64,000 nt of DNA, taken from Candidatus Niyogibacteria bacterium (lineage in GTDB: Bacteria > Patescibacteriota > Minisyncoccia > HO2-45-28). The position numbers and the translations under genes are program-made. The notes beneath the pieces were generated by a model, which saw nothing but the letters and a program-made list of their open reading frames with translations, made no database searches and had not been told where the DNA came from. This document shows, in pieces, positions 54,899 to 64,000 of the stretch. The stretch spans positions 77,466 to 141,465 of the forward strand of contig CP066691.1 of NCBI GenBank assembly GCA_016432485.1, read 5' to 3'. Positions within the stretch are counted from its first letter, which is position 1, and every line of letters starts with the position of its first letter.

Positions 54899-56536
54899 TT
54901 GGGATATGATATAAATATGCACAATTCCAGGAAAGCCGTTTTTATAGCCGTGGTTATTTTTTTAATCGCCGTTTTTTTCAGATTTTGGATGTTGGGAAGT
55001 TCTCCCCCGGGGCTTTATCCGGACGAAGCAATGAACGGCAATAATGCTTTGTACGCCGGGAAAATCGGCAACTTCTCGGCTTTTTATTCTGAAAATAATG
55101 GCCGTGAGGGGCTTTTTATGAATATAATTGCGGCTTCTCTTTGGTTTTTCGGCAATGAACCCTGGGCAATTCGGCTGGTTTCGGCGATTTTCGGGGCGCT
55201 GACGGTTTTGGGTGTTTTTTATCTGGGACGCGAACTTTTCCGCTCCGTTTCTTACGGTAAAAAATTAGTCGGAATTTCGGCGGGCGAAATAATAGCTCTT
55301 TCGGCGTCCTTTTTTATGGCCGTAAGCTTTTGGCACATTAATTTTTCACGCATCGGCTTTCGGGCGATAATGGCGCCGTTCTTTTTGGTCTGGGGACTAT
55401 ATTTTTTGTGGCTTGTTTTTAGAGATAACCTTTCGGAAAAAAACAAATACCTGACGGTGCTGGCCGGCGGATTTATTTTTGGGCTCGGCGCCAATTCTTA
55501 CATTGCTTATCGCGTCGCTCCCCTTCTTCTTATAGCGCCGTTTTTAAAAATGGCGAAACTGCGTTTTGGTTATAAAAAAATCGCCGTGTTTTTGGCCGCG
55601 GCTCTAATCGCTTTTTTGCCGCTGGGTCTGTATTATTTGCAAAATCCGGGTGATTTTTTGGGCAGAACAAGCCAGATTTCAATTTTTTCAGAAATTTCTC
55701 CGGTCAAATCTTTAGCGCTGAATTCATTGAAAACTTTAGGCGCCCTGTGGTTTTCGGGCGACCAAAATCCCCGCCATAATTTGCCGGAAGCCGCGCTTCT
55801 TTGGTGGCCGGTCGGAATATTATTCGCCGTCGGACTTATTTTCAGTATCGGAAAATATCGCAGAGAATATTCGGCAGGGTTTTTTTGGCTTTGGATAGCG
55901 GTTTCCTTGGCGCCGGCGGCTTTTTCTTCGGAGGGCGTTCCGCACGCTTTACGTTCAATTATGATGCTGCCGGCGATAATGTATTTTGCCGCTATTGGTT
56001 TTTGGGAAATTTTGTCCCGGATTGCCGGCTGGCTCGATTCGCGTCTTGAATATTTTCCGAAACTTATATTTTTAATCGCGGCCTTTTTTGCCTCTAACAT
56101 TATCATAACTTACTCCGATTATTTTACGCGCTGGACGAACTTACGAGAAACCTATTTCGCCTTTAACGCCAATTATGTTGAAATCGGCCGATGGCTCAAC
56201 CGTCAGCCCGAGGACATAAAAAAATATGTGGTGGTTAACGCCGCGGGCGTTCCGGTCTCCGCGCCCGACGATTACGGCTCAAAATCTGTCCCAATGCCGT
56301 CCCAAACCGTTATGTTTTTAACCGATACCTGGCCTCAAAGCGAAAGAACGAAAAAGAACTTTTATTATATTTCGCCCCAGGATTTAGATTTGATTGATTG
56401 CAAGGTTCGCTGTCTGATAATCCCTCTTGAAAACGACCCGAAGTTAAATTCCAGGATAAGATTGATCGCGGACGCACCAAGATTAAGCGTGCGGCCCGGC
56501 TTCATTTTGTTTTACAAAGGGATGGATATAAAATAA
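54899..56536 (+). CDS. Family 39/83 glycosyltransferase (ArnT/PMT-like, lipid-carrier dependent)
   Basis: Polytopic membrane protein with the PMT_2-like N-terminal pattern (…YPDEAMNGNNAL…). Confidence 0.6.
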   Translation: MGYDINMHNSRKAVFIAVVIFLIAVFFRFWMLGSSPPGLYPDEAMNGNNALYAGKIGNFSAFYSENNGREGLFMNIIAASLWFFGNEPWAIRLVSAIFGALTVLGVFYLGRELFRSVSYGKKLVGISAGEIIALSASFFMAVSFWHINFSRIGFRAIMAPFFLVWGLYFLWLVFRDNLSEKNKYLTVLAGGFIFGLGANSYIAYRVAPLLLIAPFLKMAKLRFGYKKIAVFLAAALIAFLPLGLYYLQNPGDFLGRTSQISIFSEISPVKSLALNSLKTLGALWFSGDQNPRHNLPEAALLWWPVGILFAVGLIFSIGKYRREYSAGFFWLWIAVSLAPAAFSSEGVPHALRSIMMLPAIMYFAAIGFWEILSRIAGWLDSRLEYFPKLIFLIAAFFASNIIITYSDYFTRWTNLRETYFAFNANYVEIGRWLNRQPEDIKKYVVVNAAGVPVSAPDDYGSKSVPMPSQTVMFLTDTWPQSERTKKNFYYISPQDLDLIDCKVRCLIIPLENDPKLNSRIRLIADAPRLSVRPGFILFYKGMDIK

Positions 56537-56546
56537 AGAAAATAAG

Positions 56547-58406
56547 ATGACTAATCGCCGCGTTTCAAATATTATCGCTTTTCTGATGCTCGTGGTTATG
56601 TTCGTTTTGATGTTTTTTTCTTCTCTGAATGATTCTGCGGTTATGGACGAGCTGGCCCATATTCCGGCGGGCTATTCTTATCTTACTCAAAAAGATTACC
56701 GGCTTAATCCGGAACATCCGCCCTTGATAAAAGATTTGGCCGCCTTTCCGCTGTTATTTTTGAATCTTAATTTTCCAACCGATGTCCGGGCTTGGACCGA
56801 AGACATAAACGGCCAATGGGATATGGGGCGCATTTTTCTTTACGAATCGGGAAATAATCCGGACCGGATTCTTTTTTGGTCAAGACTGCCGATGATGCTT
56901 TTGGCGCTGCTCTTTGGCTGGCTGATTTTCAGCTGGTCGCGGCGCATTTATGGTGATAAAGTCGGACTGCTTACTCTTCTTTTTTTCAGCTTTTCGCCGA
57001 CATTCATAGCTCATTCCAGATACGTGACCACCGACCTGGCCGCGTCTTTCGGTTTTTTTATAGCCATAGTTTCTTTCGTGCGTTATCTTGAATTGCCGGA
57101 CATAAAGCGCTTAATTATTGTCGGCGCATCCTTGGGAATAGCGCTTCTTTTAAAGTTTTCTCTGGTTATTTTAATTCCCCTATTCGTTATTATAGGTGTG
57201 CTGTGGGTTTTTCTTTCCAGGCTTGATATTTTGCGTTTCGCCGAAAACAATTACAAGCGCCTGAAACTTCTTTTGGCCGGATGGCTCGGCTTATTTTTAA
57301 GGCTCGCCGTTATTTTTGCCATCGCGGGTTTGATAATCATTTTAGTTTATCAATTCCATGTTTGGAATTATCCGCAAGAGCGCCAGATCAATGATTCGGC
57401 TTTCATTTTAAGTTCCTTCGGCTTCAGGTCTGCGGTTGATCTGACTTTGTTCATGGCGGAAAAACCGATTTTAAAGGCTCTGGCTGAATATTTCCTGGGG
57501 CTTTTGATGGTTATTCAGCGCGCGGCTGGCGGAAACACCACTTATTTTTTGGGAGAGGTCGCGTCAAGCGGCTGGTGGTATTATTTCCCGATCGCCTACA
57601 TATTGAAGGAACCGCTGGCGTTTTTGTTTCTTGCGGCCATTTCTGTTTTTGTTGCCATAAAATCACTTCGCCAAAGTTGTGAGAAATCGTTTGGTATCGC
57701 TCTTGAGTGGATGCGCGATAATTTTTTTCTGACAGCAAGCTTTATATTCATTGCCGTTTATTGGCTGCAATCAATGCAAAGCACCTTAAATATAGGCGTG
57801 CGCCATGTTTTGCCGACGTTCCCGTTTATTTATCTTCTGGTGTCCCGCGAATTAATGCGCTGGACCAGGTCCTATTCTTTTAATGAACCGAGGAGTTTCG
57901 GCGAATGGATTTTTTCCGTTTATGAACGCTATGTGAAATCACTGCCGCGGTATTTTTTGATAAGCTTTCTTTTATTTTGGATGATTTTAAGCGCGTTTAA
58001 CTCTTTCCCGAATTATCTTTCTTACTATAACGGACTGGCTGGCGGAACAAAGCAGGGCTATAAGTACATAACGGATTCAAATTATGATTGGGGACAGGAT
58101 TTAAAGCGCCTGGGCGATTTCATAGAAAAAAATAAAATAGAAAAAATAGCCGTGGATTATTTCGGCGGAGGGTCTCTTGAATACTCTCTCAAAGAAAAAT
58201 TCGTGCCTTGGCAATCGGCTCTGGGAAAACCGAATATTAAAACCGGAGACCCCGAATGGTTTGCCGTATCAGCCACGATTCGACAGGGCGCCTTCGGTCA
58301 GCCGGTCAAAGGTTTTGTAAAAAAACCGGAAGATTCTTATGTCTGGCTTCAGGGCGTTGAACCGGTGGCCCGCGCGGGACAATCTATTTTTATCTATAAA
58401 TTTTAG
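56547..58406 (+). CDS. Family 39/83 glycosyltransferase (second paralog)
   Basis: MDELAHIPAGYSY…PPLIKDLAAFPL, polytopic. Confidence 0.6.
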   Translation: MTNRRVSNIIAFLMLVVMFVLMFFSSLNDSAVMDELAHIPAGYSYLTQKDYRLNPEHPPLIKDLAAFPLLFLNLNFPTDVRAWTEDINGQWDMGRIFLYESGNNPDRILFWSRLPMMLLALLFGWLIFSWSRRIYGDKVGLLTLLFFSFSPTFIAHSRYVTTDLAASFGFFIAIVSFVRYLELPDIKRLIIVGASLGIALLLKFSLVILIPLFVIIGVLWVFLSRLDILRFAENNYKRLKLLLAGWLGLFLRLAVIFAIAGLIIILVYQFHVWNYPQERQINDSAFILSSFGFRSAVDLTLFMAEKPILKALAEYFLGLLMVIQRAAGGNTTYFLGEVASSGWWYYFPIAYILKEPLAFLFLAAISVFVAIKSLRQSCEKSFGIALEWMRDNFFLTASFIFIAVYWLQSMQSTLNIGVRHVLPTFPFIYLLVSRELMRWTRSYSFNEPRSFGEWIFSVYERYVKSLPRYFLISFLLFWMILSAFNSFPNYLSYYNGLAGGTKQGYKYITDSNYDWGQDLKRLGDFIEKNKIEKIAVDYFGGGSLEYSLKEKFVPWQSALGKPNIKTGDPEWFAVSATIRQGAFGQPVKGFVKKPEDSYVWLQGVEPVARAGQSIFIYKF

Positions 58407-58424
58407 CCCCCGAAAGACGGTTTT

Positions 58425-58748
58425 TTACTTGCCAAAATTTATATCCTTAATTAAGAGTTCGCTGAAATGCTGGCGGTGGCCTCTTTTGGTGCGCGCCCGG
58501 GTTTTTGATTTGTAACGAAAAACTATCACCTTTTTGGCTCTTTTTACGCCCAAAAACTCGGCTTTGACTTCGGCTCCCGCCACCTTAGGACGGCCCACTT
58601 CTATTTTTGAACCGTCGCCGTATAAGAGCACATCGCCAAATTTAATTTCGTTCCCTTTTTCGGGGGCCTCAATTTTTTCCGTTTTTATTTTTTTGCCCGG
58701 CTCCACAAAATATTGTTTTCCGGCGATTCTGACTATCGCGAATTTCAT
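58425..58748 (-). CDS. rplU: 50S ribosomal protein L21
   Basis: MKFAIVRIAGKQYFVEPG…. Confidence 0.85.
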   Translation of the reverse strand: MKFAIVRIAGKQYFVEPGKKIKTEKIEAPEKGNEIKFGDVLLYGDGSKIEVGRPKVAGAEVKAEFLGVKRAKKVIVFRYKSKTRARTKRGHRQHFSELLIKDINFGK

Positions 58749-58759
58749 ATTATAAAATT

Positions 58760-59797
58760 TTATTCCTCGGCGTCCGGTTTGTCAATGGCTATGGGTTCAA
58801 AATCCGAGGACTCCCCGGTTATTTTCAAAAGGTCCTTATCAATTTTTTTGAATTCCGCCGACGATTTATCGTACATATTAACCGCCGTCAAAAGATGGCC
58901 GCCGAGTTTTTGGTGAAAGGTTTGATAGCTTATCAGATGCTTGGTGAGATTTCTGACCCTTTCGCCGATCATTTTCGCGGCTTCCTCGATTTTTAAAGCC
59001 CTTAATCCCTGAAGCACTGTTTGAAGGTAAGCGAGAAAGGTAGTGGGAGAGACGATTATCACTTTTTTCTGTCCGGCGGCGTATTCCACGAGATTCACGG
59101 TGTTCGCTTTTATAGAGCCGACTTTATTTATTAAAAGATCGTAGTAGACGGCTTCAGACGGTATGAACATAAAAGCGAATTCCAGCGTGCCTTCTTCCGG
59201 ACGGATATATTTTGAGGTTTCCTCCACTCTTATTTTAAGGTCGTTGTAAAAAGAATTTTCATAGCGCTGTCTTTCATCCGCGGTGGAGGCCTCCAGAATG
59301 CGATTATAGTTTTCTAAACTGAATTTGGAATCAATCGGTATCAAGCCCTGTTTGGTCTTGATTATGGCATCCACCCTGCTTCCGTCCCGAAATTCGTATT
59401 GCAATTCAAAAGTGCCCGGAGGCATGACATTTTTCAAAACGGTCTCAAGATAGTATTCTCCCAGAACTCCGCGCTGTTTGGGGTTTTTCAGAATATCCTG
59501 CAAGTTTCTCAGTTGATCGGTAACGCTCATCACTTGTTTTTGCCCCTCGCTCACCTTGGTCAGTTCTTTGGTTATGTCCTGAATGAGTTTCGCGCTTTGA
59601 TTTAATTGATCTCGCATGGCTTTGGTTGAATCGCCCATCTCGCCTCTTAACGCTCGCGTAAGTTCGTTTATCTGATTTTGCAATACCAAAACCGCGCCGT
59701 CGTTCTTGCCCGCGCGCTTAAAAATAAAAACCGCAATCGCTCCGAGCACTGCCCCCGCAAGAATCGCGATAACGCCAATTAAGACCGTCTGGCTCAT
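58760..59797 (-). CDS. rmuC: DNA recombination protein RmuC
   Basis: N-terminal TM plus coiled-coil. VDAIIKTKQGLIPIDSKFSLENY RmuC core. Confidence 0.75.
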   Translation of the reverse strand: MSQTVLIGVIAILAGAVLGAIAVFIFKRAGKNDGAVLVLQNQINELTRALRGEMGDSTKAMRDQLNQSAKLIQDITKELTKVSEGQKQVMSVTDQLRNLQDILKNPKQRGVLGEYYLETVLKNVMPPGTFELQYEFRDGSRVDAIIKTKQGLIPIDSKFSLENYNRILEASTADERQRYENSFYNDLKIRVEETSKYIRPEEGTLEFAFMFIPSEAVYYDLLINKVGSIKANTVNLVEYAAGQKKVIIVSPTTFLAYLQTVLQGLRALKIEEAAKMIGERVRNLTKHLISYQTFHQKLGGHLLTAVNMYDKSSAEFKKIDKDLLKITGESSDFEPIAIDKPDAEE

Positions 59798-59802
59798 TTG
59801 AT

Positions 59803-60771
59803 TTATTTTAAACCGTTTTTAAACCAAAATTCCAGAAATATGAATATCGCGTATACCGCTATCAAAAATACGCCTTCGCGCCCGGAAATAAAAGTTCGGC
59901 TGTAGACGAAAATATTGAAAAGCAAAAAGGCGACAATAAAGGCGCTGGCCACGAAAAAGAACTGGCTAAGCCCGCTTATGGTTATCGGGCGTATTACGCT
60001 CACCACGCCTATGATGAAAGCCGAATTAAAAGCTATTGACCCCAGCGAATTGCCGACGGCCATTGAACCGTGTTTGGCGAGCGCGGCGCGTATGCCGAAA
60101 GCCATTTCCGGAAGAGTGGTGCCTAGAGCTACGAATACGGCTCCGAATGAAAAAATCGTAAAAGTTGCCATCGCGGCTATTTTGGTCCCCGTCCAGACTA
60201 AAGCGGCCGAACTTGCGAGGAGTACCGTAACAGCGGCAAAGAAAATTATAATATCGCGCGCGGTTCCGGTAACCGCGGCAATTCCTTTAGGCCGGTGATT
60301 GACTGTTTTGGTAAAATATTCTTTTTCGCCCAGGACATGCCAGATATATATGAAAAAAGAGATGAGCAATATCGCGCCGTCGGCCCTTGAAATTACGCCG
60401 TCCGCGCCAAGCAATAGAGGAAATAGCGAGATGATAAAAATAAGCCAGAAGTTGACCCGCGAAATCTTGCTTTCAAGTTCCACCCCCTTATGTATCAGAG
60501 ACGCTATGCCTATTACCAAGGTTATATTCAAAAGGTTTGCTCCGAAAATGTTTCCGAGCGACAAACTCGGCGCGTTGCTGACCGCCGAACTTATTCCGAC
60601 GAAAAGCTCGGATATGGAAGTGGCAAAACTCATCAAAATGAACGCGACCATATACTCCGAAAAACGCAGAAGTCTGGCAATGCCGGTCAGAGATTTAACC
60701 AAGGCCGAACTTGACTTTACCAAAAACAGAAATGATGCGAGGAATATGATTATCAGCCAGATTGGGTTCAT
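59803..60771 (-). CDS. Ca2+/Na+ antiporter (CaCA family)
   Basis: Two alpha-repeat motifs (GNIFGANLLNITLVIG / GNSLGSIAFNSAFIIG). Confidence 0.75.
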   Translation of the reverse strand: MNPIWLIIIFLASFLFLVKSSSALVKSLTGIARLLRFSEYMVAFILMSFATSISELFVGISSAVSNAPSLSLGNIFGANLLNITLVIGIASLIHKGVELESKISRVNFWLIFIISLFPLLLGADGVISRADGAILLISFFIYIWHVLGEKEYFTKTVNHRPKGIAAVTGTARDIIIFFAAVTVLLASSAALVWTGTKIAAMATFTIFSFGAVFVALGTTLPEMAFGIRAALAKHGSMAVGNSLGSIAFNSAFIIGVVSVIRPITISGLSQFFFVASAFIVAFLLFNIFVYSRTFISGREGVFLIAVYAIFIFLEFWFKNGLK

Positions 60772-63437
60772 AATTCCATATTATATTTATGACGGCGGCG
60801 AATAAAGAGGTATTTGGCCGTTTCTATGAGAGTCAGGTTGAAAAGACCGATTAAAACAAGCACCCCCAGGTCAAAAGGCGTTAATTTCACAACCTGAAGC
60901 AGACCGGCAATCGGTCCGAAATATAAAGCCCCGACAAGCAAAATAAGACTTATGGCGAAAGCAAAAAGCAAATAAGGATTGCTGAAAATATTTATATGCC
61001 AGAGGGATTTGCGCAGGCTTTTAAAAGAAAAAGCGAAAAAAAGAGCGTCAAGCGAAATGCCGACAAACATAATGGTTCTCAATTCTTCCAAAGGCAGTCC
61101 GTAATTATAAAGGAGTAAAAATAAAATTAAGAGAAATAAAGAAGTGATAATTCCGACCCCCAGTATTATATAAAGCATTTCTTTGTTTAAAATTCGGCGG
61201 GAGGAATTCGTCCGCGGATTTCTTTTTAAAACGTCGTTTTCTTTGGGTTCAAACGCGAAGGCAAAATTCATAAAGCCCTCTTGCACTATATTGGCCCAGA
61301 GAATTTGCGCGGGCAGTATCGGTAGAGGCAGACCGAAAACCAAAGCTCCGGAAATAAGAACTATCTCGCTGAAATTTGCGGCCAATAAATACGTGATTAT
61401 CTTGCGCAAATTATCCAGAATTACCCTCCCCTCTTCTATCGCGTGGAAAATAAGACCAAAGTTGTCGTCAGTCAAAACTATTCCCGAGGATTCTTTGGCT
61501 ACATCCGTTCCCGACCCCAGCGCTATGCCTATATCGGCTCTATGCAGCGCCGGAGCGTCGTTTACGCCGTCGCCGGTCATAGCCACCACTTCGTCAAGCG
61601 ACTGCCACGCGCCGACAATCGCTGATTTTTGATGCGGAAGAACACGGGCAAAAATAGCGACATCCGGCACGATTTCTCTAAGTTCTTTTTCAGACATATT
61701 TTCTATTTGTCTGCCTTCAACAATTTTTACTTTGGACCAATCGTCAACCAGCCCGGCCGATTCAGCTATGGATTTCGCGGTGGAAGCATGATCTCCGGTC
61801 AGCAAAACTATTTTTATACCGGCCTCTTTCGCGCCTTTTATGGTTTTTTGGACATCCGGCCTTAAGGGGTCGCTGAAACTGATGAGTCCGAGAAACACTG
61901 TTTTTTCAAACATATGGTCTTTTTGCCTCGCGATTTCCGACCAGTGATCCCGACGATAAGCTGCCGCCAGCACTCTTTCTCCTCGCCCCGCGGATTCAAG
62001 ATATATGGATGTTAATTTTTCTTTAAGTTCTTTGGTAAACGGTCCGGGCGCGCCGCCGGTAAATATTTCCGCGGACATTTCTATCAGTGTTTCCGGCGCG
62101 CCGGCGATATAAATTGCGGTTTCGTTTCCTGATTTATGCAAGGAGGCGCTGTATTTTCTTTCGGCTTCAAACGGAATAAAATCAATCCTCGGCTCGCTTT
62201 CCAAAAGTTCGCCCGGGTTTAATCCCGCCTGTATTCCGGCCTCAAGCAATGCTTTGTCTGTTGATCTCCCCTGAACGCGCCACTGATTTCGCGGGTCATC
62301 GGGATTTTCAATGAACGCCGCCGAAGCCATTATTGCTCCCTTCAGCGTTTCAAAAACGCCCCCGGAAAGATCCATATCAGTCTTGGTCGCTATTTTATCG
62401 CAAGTAGCTATTTCCACCGCCTCCATTTTCGCCTGGGTCAGAGTTCCGGTTTTATCGGTCAAAATAATACTTGTCGAACCAAGAGTTTCGGCGGCGGCAA
62501 GTTTTCGCGTAAGTCCTCCTCTACGCATAATTCTGTACATTCCCACGGCAAGCACCACGGTTACCGCGACCGGCAGTCCCTCGGGAATAATTGAAACCGC
62601 GACGGCCACGGATATAAAAAACATTTCTCCGAAATTATGCCCGCGAATAATTCCCAAAATAAAAATGGCTAAAATAACGAGGGCCGCAAACGCGCCTATC
62701 AACATTGCTATTTTTTTAATGCCTTTTTGAAAGGGCGTGGGCGATTCTTTAACCTCTTTTACCAATTTCGCTATTTTCCCGAGTTCTGTTTTTTCGCCTG
62801 TTGAAACTATGACTGCCTTGCCCCAGCCTTCGCTGACCGAAGTTCCCATCCAAATCATTGAGTTTCTTTCGGTCAAAACGGTTTTTTCATCCACGCCCTC
62901 CGGATTTTTGGCAACTGCCGCCCATTCTCCCGTCAGAATTGCCTCATTGGCTTCCAGGGCTTTTGATTCAATAATTCTTGAATCTGCCGGAATGCGGTCG
63001 CCGGATTGGACCAGTATGATATCCCCAGGCACGAGCATTGCGGTATCAATTTTTTGTTTGCGTCCGCTTCTGATAACCGTAGCGCTGGTTTTCGTCGCCA
63101 GTCTTAACTGGTCAAAAGCCAGCGAGGCGCGCCCTTCCTGAATGGCGCCGACAACGGTATTAATGGCAACCGCGATAAAAATAACGGCGGCATCGGCCTT
63201 GTTTTCAAGTAATAACGAAATAAAACCCGCGATAATAAGTATAAAAACCAGCGGGCTTTTAATTTGAGCCGATATTATTTTATAGAGTCGGAATGACGGG
63301 CGTTTTTCAAAATCATTGGGGCCGAATTTTTCAAGACGCGCCTTTGCTTCGGCCGTCTGTAAACCGTGTTCTGTGTCGGTTTCCAAAGCCGCCGCGGTTT
63401 CTTTTGGGCTGATCGCATGCCAAATTTTTTCCTGCAT
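60768..63437 (-). CDS. P-type cation-transporting ATPase (Ca2+/Mg2+ type IIA/IIB-like)
   Basis: DKTGTLT, TGDHASTAKSIA, MTGDGVNDAPAL. Confidence 0.85.
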   Translation of the reverse strand: MQEKIWHAISPKETAAALETDTEHGLQTAEAKARLEKFGPNDFEKRPSFRLYKIISAQIKSPLVFILIIAGFISLLLENKADAAVIFIAVAINTVVGAIQEGRASLAFDQLRLATKTSATVIRSGRKQKIDTAMLVPGDIILVQSGDRIPADSRIIESKALEANEAILTGEWAAVAKNPEGVDEKTVLTERNSMIWMGTSVSEGWGKAVIVSTGEKTELGKIAKLVKEVKESPTPFQKGIKKIAMLIGAFAALVILAIFILGIIRGHNFGEMFFISVAVAVSIIPEGLPVAVTVVLAVGMYRIMRRGGLTRKLAAAETLGSTSIILTDKTGTLTQAKMEAVEIATCDKIATKTDMDLSGGVFETLKGAIMASAAFIENPDDPRNQWRVQGRSTDKALLEAGIQAGLNPGELLESEPRIDFIPFEAERKYSASLHKSGNETAIYIAGAPETLIEMSAEIFTGGAPGPFTKELKEKLTSIYLESAGRGERVLAAAYRRDHWSEIARQKDHMFEKTVFLGLISFSDPLRPDVQKTIKGAKEAGIKIVLLTGDHASTAKSIAESAGLVDDWSKVKIVEGRQIENMSEKELREIVPDVAIFARVLPHQKSAIVGAWQSLDEVVAMTGDGVNDAPALHRADIGIALGSGTDVAKESSGIVLTDDNFGLIFHAIEEGRVILDNLRKIITYLLAANFSEIVLISGALVFGLPLPILPAQILWANIVQEGFMNFAFAFEPKENDVLKRNPRTNSSRRILNKEMLYIILGVGIITSLFLLILFLLLYNYGLPLEELRTIMFVGISLDALFFAFSFKSLRKSLWHINIFSNPYLLFAFAISLILLVGALYFGPIAGLLQVVKLTPFDLGVLVLIGLFNLTLIETAKYLFIRRRHKYNMEL

Positions 63438-63482
63438 TGTCTTATTTTAACAATTTTAACTCAATTCGATAATCGCATTTAA

Positions 63483-64000
63483 TCAGTTTCTTATTTTCCC
63501 AGCCAGTTTCCGGGCAAATTGCCAAAGGTCTCCCGCGCCCATGGTTATTATCAGCCGTTTGCCTTTGCCGCCGGCAAGCGTTTTTTCAGATGGCAGGCCT
63601 TTAAAGCAATTTTTATTATTTTTTTTAACGGCCCCGTAGAGCATTTCATCCATACCCTCTCCCCCTTCTATGTTTTCTCTTGCCGAAGAATAAGTGGGAA
63701 CTAGAAATATCTCGTCGGCGTCCTTAAAAGCGGCGGCGAATTCGGAGAGAAGAGCTTTGGTGCGGCTGAAAGTGTGCGGCTGAAAAATAGCCGTAATTTT
63801 ATGGCGCGGCCAGCGCGCTCTCACTGCTTTTAATGTCGCTGAGATCTCGGCCGGATGATGGGCGTAGTCATCCATTATCACCATATTGCCGCTTTGAGCG
63901 TAAATTTCCATTCGTCGGCGAACTCCCCGAAATTCAAGCAGCCCCTTTTTAATATTTTCATCGCTTATGTTCAATTCTTGAGTCGCCGCCAAAACCAATG
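63483..64000 (-). CDS. murC: UDP-N-acetylmuramate--L-alanine ligase, C-terminal domain; N-terminus beyond window end
   Basis: DDYAHHPAEI motif and the Mur ligase C-terminal domain. The ORF is open to the window edge. Confidence 0.7.
   Translation of the reverse strand, partial: LVLAATQELNISDENIKKGLLEFRGVRRRMEIYAQSGNMVIMDDYAHHPAEISATLKAVRARWPRHKITAIFQPHTFSRTKALLSEFAAAFKDADEIFLVPTYSSARENIEGGEGMDEMLYGAVKKNNKNCFKGLPSEKTLAGGKGKRLIITMGAGDLWQFARKLAGKIRN

Overview
This 64 kb window looks like a compact, AT-rich chromosome segment from a Candidate Phyla Radiation (Patescibacteria)-like bacterium. The strongest markers are a 16S rRNA gene on the minus strand carrying two intervening sequences (one encoding a LAGLIDADG homing endonuclease) with no adjacent 23S, DUF3179, DUF3105 and SWIB genes, many 4-nt gene overlaps, and almost no Shine-Dalgarno motifs. 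Housekeeping content includes murD-ftsW-murG, gltX, dnaB, recR, serS, ddl, pgeF, rplU, rmuC, a partial murC, a fused zwf-gnd ORF, a tRNA-Ala(TGC), a tRNA-Ile(GAT) and glycosyltransferases.

The most interesting accessory block is at 1.5-9.0 kb. It is a visibly lower-GC, translationally coupled 5-gene operon: a small protein, a membrane-anchored protein, a Type III-like Mod methyltransferase, an OLD-family ABC-ATPase/Toprim nuclease embedded between mod and res, and a Type III Res helicase-nuclease. A G-run tract with G-quadruplex potential and a long inverted repeat lie just upstream. I read this as a candidate composite anti-phage system.

A second notable block (24.5-39 kb) is a thiol/redox and metal-stress island. 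It contains CcdA, three TlpA-like redoxins, a thioredoxin, two glutaredoxins, two FMN-reductase-like flavoproteins, two pyridine-nucleotide-disulfide reductases (one MerA-like with a C-terminal CC), three ArsR-family regulators, and an unannotated 53-aa Cys/His-rich ORF.

A short GC-rich palindromic element (core CCCGCCGTAGCTTTAGCGGAGGCGGG) occurs at least six times: three times in-frame inside enzyme genes (the gnd domain once, merA twice), once next to the 16S 3' end, and at least twice in a GC-rich block beside a tRNA cluster. This resembles Rickettsia palindromic elements.

The 16S 3' tail lacks the CCUCC anti-SD, which matches the absence of SD motifs upstream of start codons. The tRNA cluster at 44.55-44.82 kb holds tRNA-like half-fragments around an intact tRNA-Ile. 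No CRISPR array, transposase or integrase was seen.
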